Source of the DNA: Chromera velia
Lineage: Eukaryota
Direction: 5' to 3'
NCBI GenBank assembly: GCA_018398765.1
Contig: JAHBMJ010000190.1
Location: 62,001-126,000, forward strand
DNA length: 64,000 bases
Part shown: one piece after another, positions 1 to 12,356 of the stretch
Layout of the letters: every line of letters begins with the position of its first letter
How positions within the stretch are numbered: position 1 is the first letter of the stretch
Notes under the pieces: generated by a model
Told to the model about the DNA's origin: nothing
Seen by the model: only the letters and a program-made list of their open reading frames with translations
The model's database searches: none
Program-made: the position numbers and the translations under genes

Positions 1-1545
1 ACCTGTTATCATTCTTCCACTATCACCTCAGTACCATCACCCCATTGGCTGATAGGTGGGGTCTCTTGGCCATGGTGTCCAGGACATGTGAAGAGGTATG
101 ATCTGTTTTTCCTCCCCCCTCTCCCGTTTGTGGCCCTCCCTTACACGGAGGTTGAGGATACAAATCTGTGGGAACTACCGGTTTTACCCTCATCCTCTCC
201 CTTACTCACTTCCCAAAACTTTCTTCCAAACTGAGTATGGAGTTGGACAGCGAACAGCTTATCCTCTCTTGCTTAGCCCCGACACCGAAAAAAAAGGCAA
301 ACGACAAACGTTCTCTCCTACTCAGCCCCGACATTAGAAGGAAGATGGACCACATGTTGGCCTGCGCAGCGATTCCTCTCTCCTCAATCCCCACCCTTTC
401 AACACACTTTTTGCAGACTGAACAAGACAGATCAAAATCTTACTGAAGGAACAGCTTATTAGTAATCCAGCTCGTTCACGAGTCCAAAAGAGACCTGGCC
501 TCCTCCTCTAGTCATGAAGGAGGAAGAGAGGTCAGCTTCTGCCTTCTACTCATTCCTCCTCCCCCTCCCTTTCCATCCCTTCCTTCCTTCCCTCTTCATC
601 CAGACTGAGTGAGACAGAACGGAACCGCATCAAAGCAACAACTCCGCTCATCTCTATTTCATATCCGGTTTCTCTCAAACGGAGGCAGGTGCATTTTTGC
701 TACTCCTAGACATCCACTGTGAGTCGTTCCTTCCACAGAATCAACCTGTTCGTATTATCTGCCGTCTCCTGCAGCAACACTTTCAATCATAGCGCCAGTC
801 TCAATGAAAGAGCAGTCATTTTCTACCGTTTTTGTCTCGATCGTTCTATTTGAGAGTAAGCTTTCATGTATTTCTGGTTACAGACTGCAGAAGGATGGTA
901 TTCGGGACTCTAGGTCGACTCCATGTGCTATTTGCATAGCTAGTAATATCCGTTGCAGTGTACGAAGAAGGATGGATTTAAATTTATGCTTTCCACACGG
1001 GGTCGTTCTTATGCTTTTGCGTGCATGTATCAGATGAGTGGCAGGTGCAACACATAAAGAAGTAAAGGGTTGGAAAGAGAAAAGAATCGGACAGGAAGAG
1101 TCGTTTGTTGAAGAGTTGTTGCTTAAGAGTGAGTTAAGTGATTCCGGGTCAATTTCCGGCCGGCAGGGGCGATTGAAGTTGATATAAAAGAGAAACTAGG
1201 AAAAAAAACGCGATAGAGAGGCAGGCAGAGTCAGAAACTAAAGGTGGATGGATTAGGGTAGATTAAGAAGAAACTGGCCTAGGCACGATATCCAATACCG
1301 TGCAAAACTAACGGCCGGTATGCTGGGACGTGCTATGCATTCACGAACCCTCAAGGAAGGTGCAACATGATGCAACTGAACCAACCCGGCGGCGCCAACC
1401 CACCGAGATGCTGCATGCACCACATCGCCCTTCTTGGAGACAGAGACAGGTATGATAACTTCGATCCTAAACCTGTATTCCTCAGCTAATTTCCTTGGCC
1501 GGAATCCTGATCCTGCTTGTTTGTTCTGTGCAACTCCGCAAAATA

Positions 1546-1847
1546 NNNNNNNNNNNNNNNNNNNNNNNNNNNNNNNNNNNNNNNNNNNNNNNNNNNNNNN
1601 NNNNNNNNNNNNNNNNNNNNNNNNNNNNNNNNNNNNNNNNNNNNNNNNNNNNNNNNNNNNNNNNNNNNNNNNNNNNNNNNNNNNNNNNNNNNNNNNNNNN
1701 NNNNNNNNNNNNNNNNNNNNNNNNNNNNNNNNNNNNNNNNNNNNNNNNNNNNNNNNNNNNNNNNNNNNNNNNNNNNNNNNNNNNNNNNNNNNNNNNNNNN
1801 NNNNNNNNNNNNNNNNNNNNNNNNNNNNNNNNNNNNNNNNNNNNNNN
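1546..1847. other. Assembly gap (N run)
   Basis: Run of N. Other gaps are at 8372-8459 and 62908-62937, both flanked by poly-C/poly-G, with single Ns at about 12416 and 22469. Confidence 0.99.
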
Positions 1848-2323
1848 ATGATGTTGCTAGCGATGCTGCTTTGTCACTCTTTTTTCTTCGCTGGTCTACT
1901 CCAGCATGAAGTCTCTCTCCAGATCCCTACTCTATACGGCCCGCAGAGCTTGGAAAAGACATACAAATTGCCAGAGCGCACCTCGGTGGAAGACCTTGCA
2001 AAGAAAGTCTTTCACGATTTCGGCAGTGTATACCTGCGTGGGCCAAGTAATATAAAATTTTCAGAGAAAGATGAATCAGCAAAAGTTGTTTAGCTCACTT
2101 TTTCAACCTTTTTAGACCGCCCAATGAAGCTAACTGCGCAGTATAATCCATCACTTGGTTTTACGCTGTCCGAAGAGGCTCAATTCTACGTAAAATTTCT
2201 CGTTGGAGGTTGCACATATATTGCAGCTTTTATCGGAGCCGGTCAGAGCTTTTGCAGCCGGTCGAAAGTGGAGTGCTACAGACATATTGTCGAGCACAGT
2301 TGGCCTAGATCTAGCTTTAGAAC

Positions 2324-2498
2324 GGGAGAAGCATTCTTTGGAAAGGGAGAAGCGTTCTTTGGAAATGGAGAAGCTTTGAAACTTCTTGGGAAAGGGAGAA
2401 GCTTTCTTGGGAAAGGAAAAAGTTCCAGCAGGCCATGGAAAGGGAGAAGTTTTCTTCCCAGCAGGTCATGGAAAAGGAGAAGTTTTCTTCCCAGCAGG
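2324..2498 (+). repeat. Minisatellite of about 21-nt (GGAGAAGCATTCTTTGGAAAG) and 33-nt units
   Basis: Tandem degenerate units seen directly. They translate as GEAFFGK / GEVFFPAGHGK repeats in ORFs 2124-2540 and 2386-2622. Confidence 0.75.
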
Positions 2499-3278
2499 GC
2501 AGAAAAAAAAACCGAAGCAGCGCGGACGGAGATTCAATGATAATTTGAATCCGTTGATGATTGACTCAGAGGACGCCACGAGACGACTCGATCGGTCTCG
2601 CATGCAGAAAGAAGGAATTTGAGGCCAAAAAAGAAAGAAAACAGTTGTGGCTAGATAGGAGGGATTGTATGTCATTCCATGAACTGCAGTGAGTCAGTTA
2701 ACCAGCTCGTGAGTGAGTGTCTGCAACGGGCGAGCGAGATAAGAAACGATAGAAGATTGACTTCTTATCCAGCCAGCACGATGCCGCAATCCTTTCTGTG
2801 CAACAGAATGAAGCGGTCAAAGCTTGCGCTACAGTGAGGCCTGTAGGGGCCATGCACTATCTGCTGGCTAGTCAGAGGGTGCTAGAGAGGGTAAGTCTGA
2901 TCAAGTCGTCAGAATACGCTTTTGGGTTGGCAGGCGATCGATTCAATGAACTGTTCATACACTCAAGAGGCTGGCCGTGAGGCTTAGTCGAGCCTAGGCT
3001 CAAGCACTAGCTGGAAAAATACTCTACTTAATTATTTATTTAATTGTGGTCAAGCCTAGGGTCTCCGAAACCAGAGACCCTACTCCATTAGGACTCATTG
3101 GAACGATTTGGGATCGACGCTTAGGATACCGAAAATGTCTGATTAATTTCTATAAAATTAAATTATTTTATACATTTTTTAAAATGAAAAAGAATGTTTT
3201 TTTATGAACCTATAGACTCAGATATTGATGAAAACTTAATGAAAGTCATCAAGTGAATCTACATAATTCAAATATACG

Positions 3279-5012
3279 TGAGTGAAATATGGCTTTGGTC
3301 TAGTCGGATGGACCGAGGCGATGGGCACCGGGTCCCGCTGCGCCGCCGCACTGTATCTCTGTATTAGGAGATACGCGCATTTATGCAAGCCATATTTTAT
3401 GACATTCGTACACACTGTTGTGTGCATGTGTTGCAAGCAGTATAGTGAGAAAATGATCAACTGAGAACAGGATGAGAACAGGATGTTGTGAAAGTAAGAG
3501 AGTGGAGACACAATTCTCTCTGCATATACTCTTCACCGAACCCTCTGACTACATCATCATGTGAATTGATCATCCCACCTTCAGTCTAGCCCGCTGTGAT
3601 CACTGTGTAACAGTGAGTGATGCAACACTACCTGCATTCCCCTGTAGCACAACTGACAGTGTGAGAGAGGCACGCCAAGTGCAAGGAGAAATAAGAAAGA
3701 AAAAGAAGAAGAGGCGAATGAAAAGACAGACAGGCAGAGCAGGAAAAACAAAGCCCCAAGCAGAGCTCGATGATTCTCTTTAGGCCCCACCGACGACGTC
3801 AGGAGGGATGTGCAATGTACGTCAAGTTCCTTCGATACACGCAACCGAGGAGAGGGGGCAGAGAGATTCGAAAGACGACAGCCTGTCAGAGGTATACGTC
3901 TCCCTGACCGAGACGCCGCGGTCGCATCTGGACCCAGACACAGCAACAGTCAGCACTGCCGTGTCTTGGGCGGGGAGGTGTGTGAGAGTAAAGACACCCT
4001 GTAACACGCCAGTACAGACTATGTCTGGCAAACAAGAAGAGACACAGATAGAGAAGGAGGCTGAACAAATCATGTCCAGAGGAAAGACGCAAGACAATCT
4101 GATCTCCCAAGCCAGAGCTGCAGCAGACACCCGCTGAAAGACGGTGGATCCCCTAGATGTATTCTTTGGGATGGAAGGAGTGGATGAAGAGGACTTCTGG
4201 GCAGTGCAACCCAAACGACTGAGAGAGACTCTCAGTTAGTCAAGCGCTGTGCATCCAGGAGCAAATCTGTGGGAGAATGGCTAGGGAAGGATGATGGAGA
4301 ATGGGGTGAAGAAACAATGTCATGACTGAGTACAGACATCGATCTGAGGTCTGTCGGGTGTATACATGGCAGGAATGAATAAGAAGACACAGTTGATGAA
4401 CTTCAAGGCACGCAATGAGTTTCTTCTATGTGTCGAAGCGCGTGTCAAGCTTGAGACGTGAAACATGATGAAACAATAGATGTGGATCTATGTGAACGTT
4501 GAAAGCACAAAAGATCGCTGACACTGTCAGTCAATTAGCAGGTCGAATTGACTTTAAAGTAAGTAGGGAATAGAAAATAAAAGAAGAAAGAAACGTTAAA
4601 GAAACACAAAGAAGCAGAGTAAGGCTCAGTGTGTTCGAATGAGGGGGTGAGTGAAATATGGCTTGGGTCCAGTCGGATGGACCGAGGCGATGGGCACCGG
4701 GTCCCGCCGCGCCGCCGCACTGTATCTCTGTATTAGGAAATACGCGCATTTATGCAAGCCATATTTTATGACATTCATACACACTTTTGTGTGCATGTGT
4801 TGCAAGCAGTGCGGTGAGGAAATGATTAACTGAGAACAGGATGTTGTGAAAGTAAGAGAGTAGAGAGACAATTCTCTCTGCATATATGCTTCACCGAACC
4901 CCGGCCTCTGACTACATCATCATGTGAATTGATCATCCCACCTTCAGTCTAACCCGCTGTGATCACTGTGCAACAGTGAGTGATGCAACACTACCTGCAT
5001 TCCCCTGTAGCA
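3279..5012 (+). mobile_element. Short non-autonomous LTR-like element (TRIM-like): direct repeats 3279-3649 and 4648-5012 around about 1 kb of decayed internal sequence
   Basis: Two highly similar ~370-bp direct repeats beginning TG and ending CA. A purine tract (GAGGGGG) sits immediately 5' of the second copy. No intact gag/pol, and no clear TSD or PBS. Confidence 0.65.
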
Positions 5013-7962
5013 TCCTTGATTCTATCTCCTAATCCTCCTCTCTCTCTCCACTAACCAATCAATCACTAATTTCACTATGTGAAACTGTAAAGTGTAGAGG
5101 GTACTGCTCTTTCTTCTTGCGTCCGAATGGAGTCCTTTCTCTTCAAAGTTCAAACTTTGTATTGCAAGGACGTGCACACCAATAGGTCAGTCACTTTACT
5201 GATATACGCACTGGCACGATATGCATCTACAGGCATGCATGTGTTCGACTAATCAGGGGGTGCGGTTTCATATATACGTGAAACATGTGCTATTTGGGCT
5301 GGCATGGGCCCGCATCTCCATCACAATGCCAACATCGATTTCTACCGCGCACGCCTGCATGCTATATAGGTTTGTACTTGCCTCTGATATTGCATACAGA
5401 ATTGTAAGACAAAACGGCGACAGTGCTCTAGGGCACCACTAAATCAATTATCATTTAGTAGATAGCAGTAGATACCGATCTGCTGCAAGGAAAGGAAACG
5501 TTTCCGTCATTTTATTTCTATAACAGCGTTAAATTCAATTGCAAATCAGACTTTGCGATAGATCAGTAATGATCTATATATCTTATCTTAATTCTTTGAT
5601 GTCTGTCTCCCTATTCTAGAAAGTGATTAACTGATCAACTCCACCGGCGACTTAACAAACAACAACCATGCATGTATGTGCCACCCGGGAGCTTAGCGCT
5701 CCAACTGGGGTTAGGCATCCTCTAACTAACTAACTAACTAACTAACAAAACTGCTTCCTATCTTATCGTCAAACGCTGCTAGTTTTATATGCTAAACACA
5801 TTGAAATTGGTTCAGTATACAACGATGGATTCAGTATGATAAAGAGGTTGGAGTCTACTATCAATCAAATAGTTGAACATCATTCCATTGACTCATTAAG
5901 ACGCTCGTACGACGAGTCAATGCAGTGACGGGCATCTGATGTCACACAGCTGCACTTCATTTTCGACGGCAAGGAGGGATAAATGCAGATAGGGAGAGGG
6001 GAAGGATCGACGGAAAGGGTCAGAGGGGATATAGACCACAAGTCAGTCCAACATTCGTTGGGCAATCGTGAATACGATCGTCCGTCTGTTCTTTTGCTTT
6101 GTGACGAAGGGAGGAGAGAAGAGACAAGAAAGCTTTAAGAAGGAAGGAAGAGAAAAAGATCGATGCATTACCTGTGACTTGAATATGGGCCAACCCAGAT
6201 TGACTAGGTTGTGGTGACTGCCTGTCCTACAAGCTTGTCGTTTTTCCTCCTGCCTTTCTTTCTGAACCCAAGCAATGAACGACGAACTCTGCCGCATTTC
6301 CCTAAATTTCTTATGCCTGGAAGAAAGGAAGGTGGGGCAAAGAAAGACGACATTTCGAACGAGGAACCAGTCAGGAAGGAACGAAGAAAGGGACCATTCC
6401 TTCCTTCCAACATCAATCGAAGGAAGAAGACTGCATGATGCATGTGGCTTGATTGATCCGTTCAGTCAGTCCTTTTCTGTACCTCTCTCTCTTTTGTCAT
6501 ACCACTACTGGAATGACCCGCCACTGCAGTCGGACGGCCCCCCGACTTGTCAACTTTTCATTTCATATGATGGGGTCTTTGCTTCTTTCTTTCTGATTTT
6601 TTATGAGGAGGCCGAAGTGAGAGGAAGAAGAGAAGAGCCAGCCAGCGAGAGAACAGGACACCCATCGAACCAACAGACCAACCAACCAACCAACCAACCA
6701 GTGAAGCAACCCTCCGACCAGCGGAGAAGCGCAACAGAGAAGCGATCGGTCATAAGAAGAAAAAAAAGTCCAAAGTGATCCATCTGGAGCCCTCTGAGGA
6801 TCTCACCGTGGAGGAGTGCACCCCTCGGTCCCGCAGTGAGTGAATTTCTTTCTTTCTTTCTTTCTTTCTTTCTTGCTTTCTTTCTTTCTTTCTTTCTGTC
6901 TTCCTCTTCTCTCCTTCTCTCTCTCGTTCGGCACTCCTTCCTGTACGTCAGTTTTTCTTCGTCTCCATCGTTCTTCTTTTCTTTCATTCACTCACTCACT
7001 CATTCCTCCCTTCTTTCTTCTTTCTGTTGTTCGTGCTCGTTTTCTCCACGCAAGTTACGGATGCAAGGGAGGAAGGAGGAGGTCATTCAGGTCCACCGAA
7101 CCGCCCTCCCTTCCTTGCAGCCTGCCTGCAAGCGATGTGAATTCAACTCAGAGGATTGAACGAACGAACGGATTGGGAGTCAGAAAGGAAACCTTGCAAC
7201 CGACCAACCCCGTATTTCTTCCTTCACCAAACAACCACCCCTCAGACCCACAAATCCAAAACAAAACATGCTTCCTTCTTTCTCTTTTTTTCACTTTGAC
7301 CCACGCACACGCCCACACGCCCCTTCTCCATTTCTTCCCCTCCATCCATCAAAAGACCTTCCTGACGCACGCAGGGAGGACCCCGGGGCTTCTGGACACA
7401 AACACACAGACAAGCAAGGCAGACAGACAGACAGGTGGGTGCACACAGACTCGAGGTGGACTGACGGACGTGTCCGAGGAACAGACAGACGGCAGGCAGG
7501 GGGACGAACAGAGACACAGCCGCGCTCTTCCTTCCTTCGTTTTCCCGGCCAGAAAAGAAAAGAAGAGAACAAACAGCGCTCCATGATGGCGTGACTGATG
7601 GAACGAACGTACGACAAAAAGAGAAAAGGAGGAAGAAGCATTTCCCTCCCTCCCTCCCTCCTAACAACCGACCAACCAGCTAATCAAGAATCACAGGAAA
7701 CACGTCGAACGCAACGAAAACCAATCAACCAACAATGACGCCTCAACTATGAACGCTTTCTTTGTTTCTTCCTACATCTCTCGCTCGCTACAATGATGCC
7801 TGTGAGCGAAATCAGACGAATGATTCCTTACGGGTGAGCGATTGAATTCCTTCAATTCCCTTCCCCTTTCAGAGAGGGAGGGAGAGAAGTACAGACAAAC
7901 AGAGACAGACTTATCTCTCTCTCTCTCTGCATGAATGAAGCTAGGCAAGGCGACCTATTTCT

Positions 7963-8136
7963 CTACGCATCTCCATCCGCCCCCTCGCCGTCTCCTGCCT
8001 CATCAGGAGCATCGTCGTTCTCTTCCGGCACGTCGTCTTCGTCCTTCCCCTCATCGTCCTCGTCCGGCTGCAGGCAGGCAGGCAGGCAGGCACATGCATT
8101 CACACACACACACACACACACGCACACACAGACGCG

Positions 8137-8189
<53 letters not shown>

Positions 8190-9542
8190 ACACACACGCA
8201 CACGCACACGCACACACGCACAGACAGCCGTTCACGCACACGTTTGACACGGGGCCCCGGCTTTTGCAACCGTTTCTCTTCTTTCTGGTCGTTTTGGCTG
8301 CTGCTGACACCACACAACAGAAATGTGAGTGATTCGTTCGGTCTGCAGTCGACAATTGCCCCCCCCCCCCCNNNNNNNNNNNNNNNNNNNNNNNNNNNNN
8401 NNNNNNNNNNNNNNNNNNNNNNNNNNNNNNNNNNNNNNNNNNNNNNNNNNNNNNNNNNNCCCCCCCCGACGGTCGGCCGGTCGTCTGTTGAATGAATGAT
8501 TCCCTCCCAATCGATCGATCAATCTCTCGAACACTCCGCCAGTCAGTCAGACAGTGGAAGGCATGCAGACTCCTCGAGTCTCGGTGGAGACGCAACACAG
8601 AGACAGCTGTACACATTGGCGGAAGCAAGGATGCACTGCATGTAGAAATCCACTCCATGCGGCTGACAGTTGGGGGAGGAAGAAGAAAACCAGGCGAAAG
8701 AAACCAGAAGCCATTTGCTTCCTTCCCTCCAGTTTGACTCCCTTCCCTTCCCTTCATTCTAAGTTTTTCTTTCTGCTGTCAGACCGACGGACCTTGAAGT
8801 TGGGATGCTTCGTCAGCCAGATGGTGATCTGCACATCATTCATTGTTGCAATACACAGTCAGACAGAGAGACACATACACATACAGACTTGTCCTTTCTC
8901 GTAGAGACTTGTCCAGACGCACACAGACACGCACACTCGACACCCCAGACAGACGTGCAGCCCCTCTCAGGGCACCCTTGTGAAAGACTGCGACAGGCAG
9001 TCATCATTTGGTCATGTGCGTTGCTCTGAACGAACCGCGCAGAATCATGCACACAGGGCATTCGGGGGCGGGGAGGGAGAAAGACAGAGTAGAGAGAGAC
9101 GGAGACGCTGCACTGCACTGCACCGGATGGCTGACGGGCGGACCTTCGGGCTGCTGCGGGGTCTGTTTGTTTTTTCGTCCGTCGACTCGAACAGCGAAGT
9201 TTGCACCTTTTTCAAATTCGCGCTTTCTCCTTTCACAAGAGAGTCGCAGACAGACACCGCGCTGCTGATTGCGTTACCCAGAGCAGTGATCTCCAGCTCT
9301 TCAACTGCCGCCTGCTTGTCAGACCCTGCGAAATACTTTTTTGCCACACGCGCATAGAAAACGCGGGGCCGCGCGTTTGAAATCTGCAGAGAGAAAAGAA
9401 AGGGAGCAGGTGACAAGGGAGAGACGGAAGAATTCACAACTGTAAGGTGCGACCACCAGTCTCCTTCTCCTTCAACGCAGAAAACAAATTCACCGACCTG
9501 CATGCGGTTGTTAACCTCGCCCTCTGCAGTTGAAGTGGCCAT
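7963..9542 (-). CDS. Alba: Alba-domain DNA/RNA-binding protein with acidic C-terminal tail; exons 9542-9498, 9383-9144, 8828-8793, 8067-7963 (about 141 aa)
   Basis: GT-AG, all phase-0 splicing gives [35 protein letters not shown]...[22 protein letters not shown]...KKVQTS...[23 protein letters not shown]...GDA*. The (I/L)xALGxAIxxAVxV motif and C-terminal PKIxIxLxK strand are Alba hallmarks. Confidence 0.92.
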
Positions 9543-10131
9543 ACTTTCCGTCTAGATCAGTGGGGTGTCAAGATTGGGCAGCAACTTTGTAGAAAAAGGG
9601 TCTCCGTCTCCAATTCCTTCTTTCACCGTCTTGACGGTAAGTCCTTGGATGGAACCGTTCTTTTTCTTTCCCCTTTGGGCTCTGTGAGCTGCGTGCTCTT
9701 CTCTTGGGTTTCCACGTGCCGCAGGCTCTCTTCTGTGTTATATGGAGGGTTTGAGAAGAAGAGGGGAGCCCGACGACCACCCAAAGGGTCATTACAATGC
9801 ACTTCTTGTCACGCGTCCGTTTTCCGAAAAATTTCGTGGGTGTTCGAGCTGAGTCCGTGCGAAAGAAAGAATTGTGAGAAAGTGCCCCTCAAGCGAATTT
9901 TTCACATGCACGCATGTGCCCCCCAAACTATCCCAAACTGACTTTACGGGGCCGGTCATCTGATTTGCCCCTTCCCGAGCCTCTGAATGTCCCACCCTCT
10001 TCATGCAGAGGAGATCAGCAAGGCTCTCGACTTGGCAGAAAAGAAAGCGTCGTCCACTTGCTCCTCGCTTTTCGCCACCAGCTCTCCTCTTTTCGCGTAC
10101 GTTTGCAGCTTCCTCTTTGCCCTCTTCCAGG

Positions 10132-11099
10132 ATGGTTCTCTTCAGGGACGTCAACAAGGCCTCGGCTGGTCGGTCTCCACGTGCATGCGAGCTTCGGCTA
10201 GGTGCACCGCTCAGGTAGAAGCGCTCCCCTGTGCATACCCCTTTTCCCCCCTCTCTTTGGTGTCACTGCAGATGTCATCAACCGTGACTTCACCCACAAC
10301 GTTCCCATCGACCTCGAAGTGAAGAGCGCAGCGGCTCCTTTCGTCAGTCAATCAATCTGTCCGTCCCTCTGTCCATCCATCCGTCTTCATTGCGCGGTAG
10401 TATTGCCTCCGCCAGTCTGCACCCCAGAAGGCAGGCTTCTCTCCCCTTTCCTATTCCTTCCTGCCGGTCTCTATGAGCGCAAAGGAGTATTGTGTGCACC
10501 TCTTCTCTCCTCGTGGACCTACACCGTCTGTTGTCCTCGCATCGCCTCAATTGACCGCCCTGCCCCCCGCGCTGGTGTGCCTGCAGTCCTTCACCCAATG
10601 CGCAACCATCACCAGCGCCGTGGCTGCCAACTCCACGGTGAGATTCGCCGACAAGGCCTTCTCTGCCGAGGGAAAGTTCTTCACCAACGGAAACTCCACC
10701 TTCGACCTCAAGTACACGGTCAGTCAGTCAGGCAGTAGGCAGACCGGCTCAGTCTGTTTCTGTGTCTCCAGGTTGTTCCATCAGTCTGTCTGCCTGTCTA
10801 AGGTCTGGCTGACAGCTGGCAGGACTCTTCTCTGCATTTTGCACAGAAAGCACGTCTATGTTGAGAGATGGGAAGGGGGGTTTTATGCGATAGAGAAGGG
10901 TTCAATGCCTAAGAGGGGTCCCCCTTATCTGATATCCCCAACGAGGGAACGATGTTGGCACTTGAACGCAGGCCTGCGTTGGAGTGGTAGACCGGATGCA
11001 GAAGGGAGACGGGGGGCTTTTTCAGGGTGTCTCCCAGATCGTTCGTACCCCATTTGAGCCTTTTTGTGTCTTTCTGTACGTACAGAGCTTTGTCCTTCT

Positions 11100-11141
<42 letters not shown>

Positions 11142-11359
11142 GCTTCCTTGAATGATCATGTGAATGCAGAAGGCAGATTTCTACAAAGGCACTCTCCTCT
11201 TGAACGGACGCGTCGACAAGAAGGGCACCGCCTTCACTCCCGAGGTCGCAGCTGACTTCTCCATGAAGTCCGCACACGCAAAGGTGGGTAGGGCATTGAC
11301 TTCTCTACTTCTGTTCCCCACCTCCATGACTTTCTTTTTTTTTTTCTTGCTTGGCACCC

Positions 11360-11394
<35 letters not shown>

Positions 11395-12285
11395 TCTGTG
11401 AGTGAGTGCAGTTCTCCCTGTTCCCCACCTCCATGACTTTCTTTTTTTCTTTTTCTTGCTTGGCACCCATCAATCAATCAATCAATCAATGGATCAATCA
11501 ATCAATCTCTGCATGTGAGTGAGTGCAGTTCTCCCTGTTCCCCACCTCCATGACTTTCAACGGGAGCGCCCTCTTCTGTCTGTCGAAGTTTAAGCTCGGA
11601 GCAGAAGCCGCCGGCTCCTGTGACCTCTCCAAGGTGACCTTCGGCCTGGGAGGCAATTACTCCAACGGTCCCATGACCTTCTCTGTCAAGACGTCAGTCA
11701 GTCACTCAGTCGATCGTGCTGTCGCTCTTCAAAACAGCAAAAGTAGAGGATGGATTTGGTCCTGCAGGGGTGAGGAGGTACAGTGCATGTATGAGGGGGA
11801 GAAGAACGGACAGAAACGGAATTAAGTCAACACGGTGTCACCGAAAGTAGACAGTACCATGAAGGACTCATCGATTCCTTCGATCTGCAGGACTCTCTCT
11901 CTGAATTGCCTGCCAGGCACGAATCTCGGCCGGCCGGTTTTCTTTCTTTCACCTCATGCCTGTTATCTCGCTCCCCCTTCCATTCTCTCTATTTGTCTGT
12001 GTCTGGCTGACTGACTGACTGACTGGCTGACTGACTGACTGACTGACTGACTGACTGACTGACTGACTGACTGACTGACGGAAAGAAAGCAAAAGCTCAT
12101 GCGTTGTGTGGGTCCATCTGGCTGGTCACCTACTTGCTAAGCTTGGCTTGTTGATTTTGCAGAGCCCCTGCAGGAGGCACCTCCCTCGGCAAGGTCATCG
12201 GAAACGTCCACGCCAAGAGTCAGTCAGTCAGTCAGTCAGTGAGTGAGAAAACGAGAGAGGAGAGAGAGAGAGTTCTTGCCTGCCT

Positions 12286-12356
<71 letters not shown>

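Noticed and set aside
1..1545. Decayed gag-like or retroelement sequence on the minus strand
   Set aside because: Only a vague coding-like texture with many stops; no diagnostic motif, terminus or TSD, and truncated by the window edge and gap.
6600..7450. Small plus-strand gene (KSKVIHLEPSEDLTVEECTPRSR followed by GTGAGT)
   Set aside because: Plausible splice signals but no start, consistent frame or recognisable domain could be assembled.
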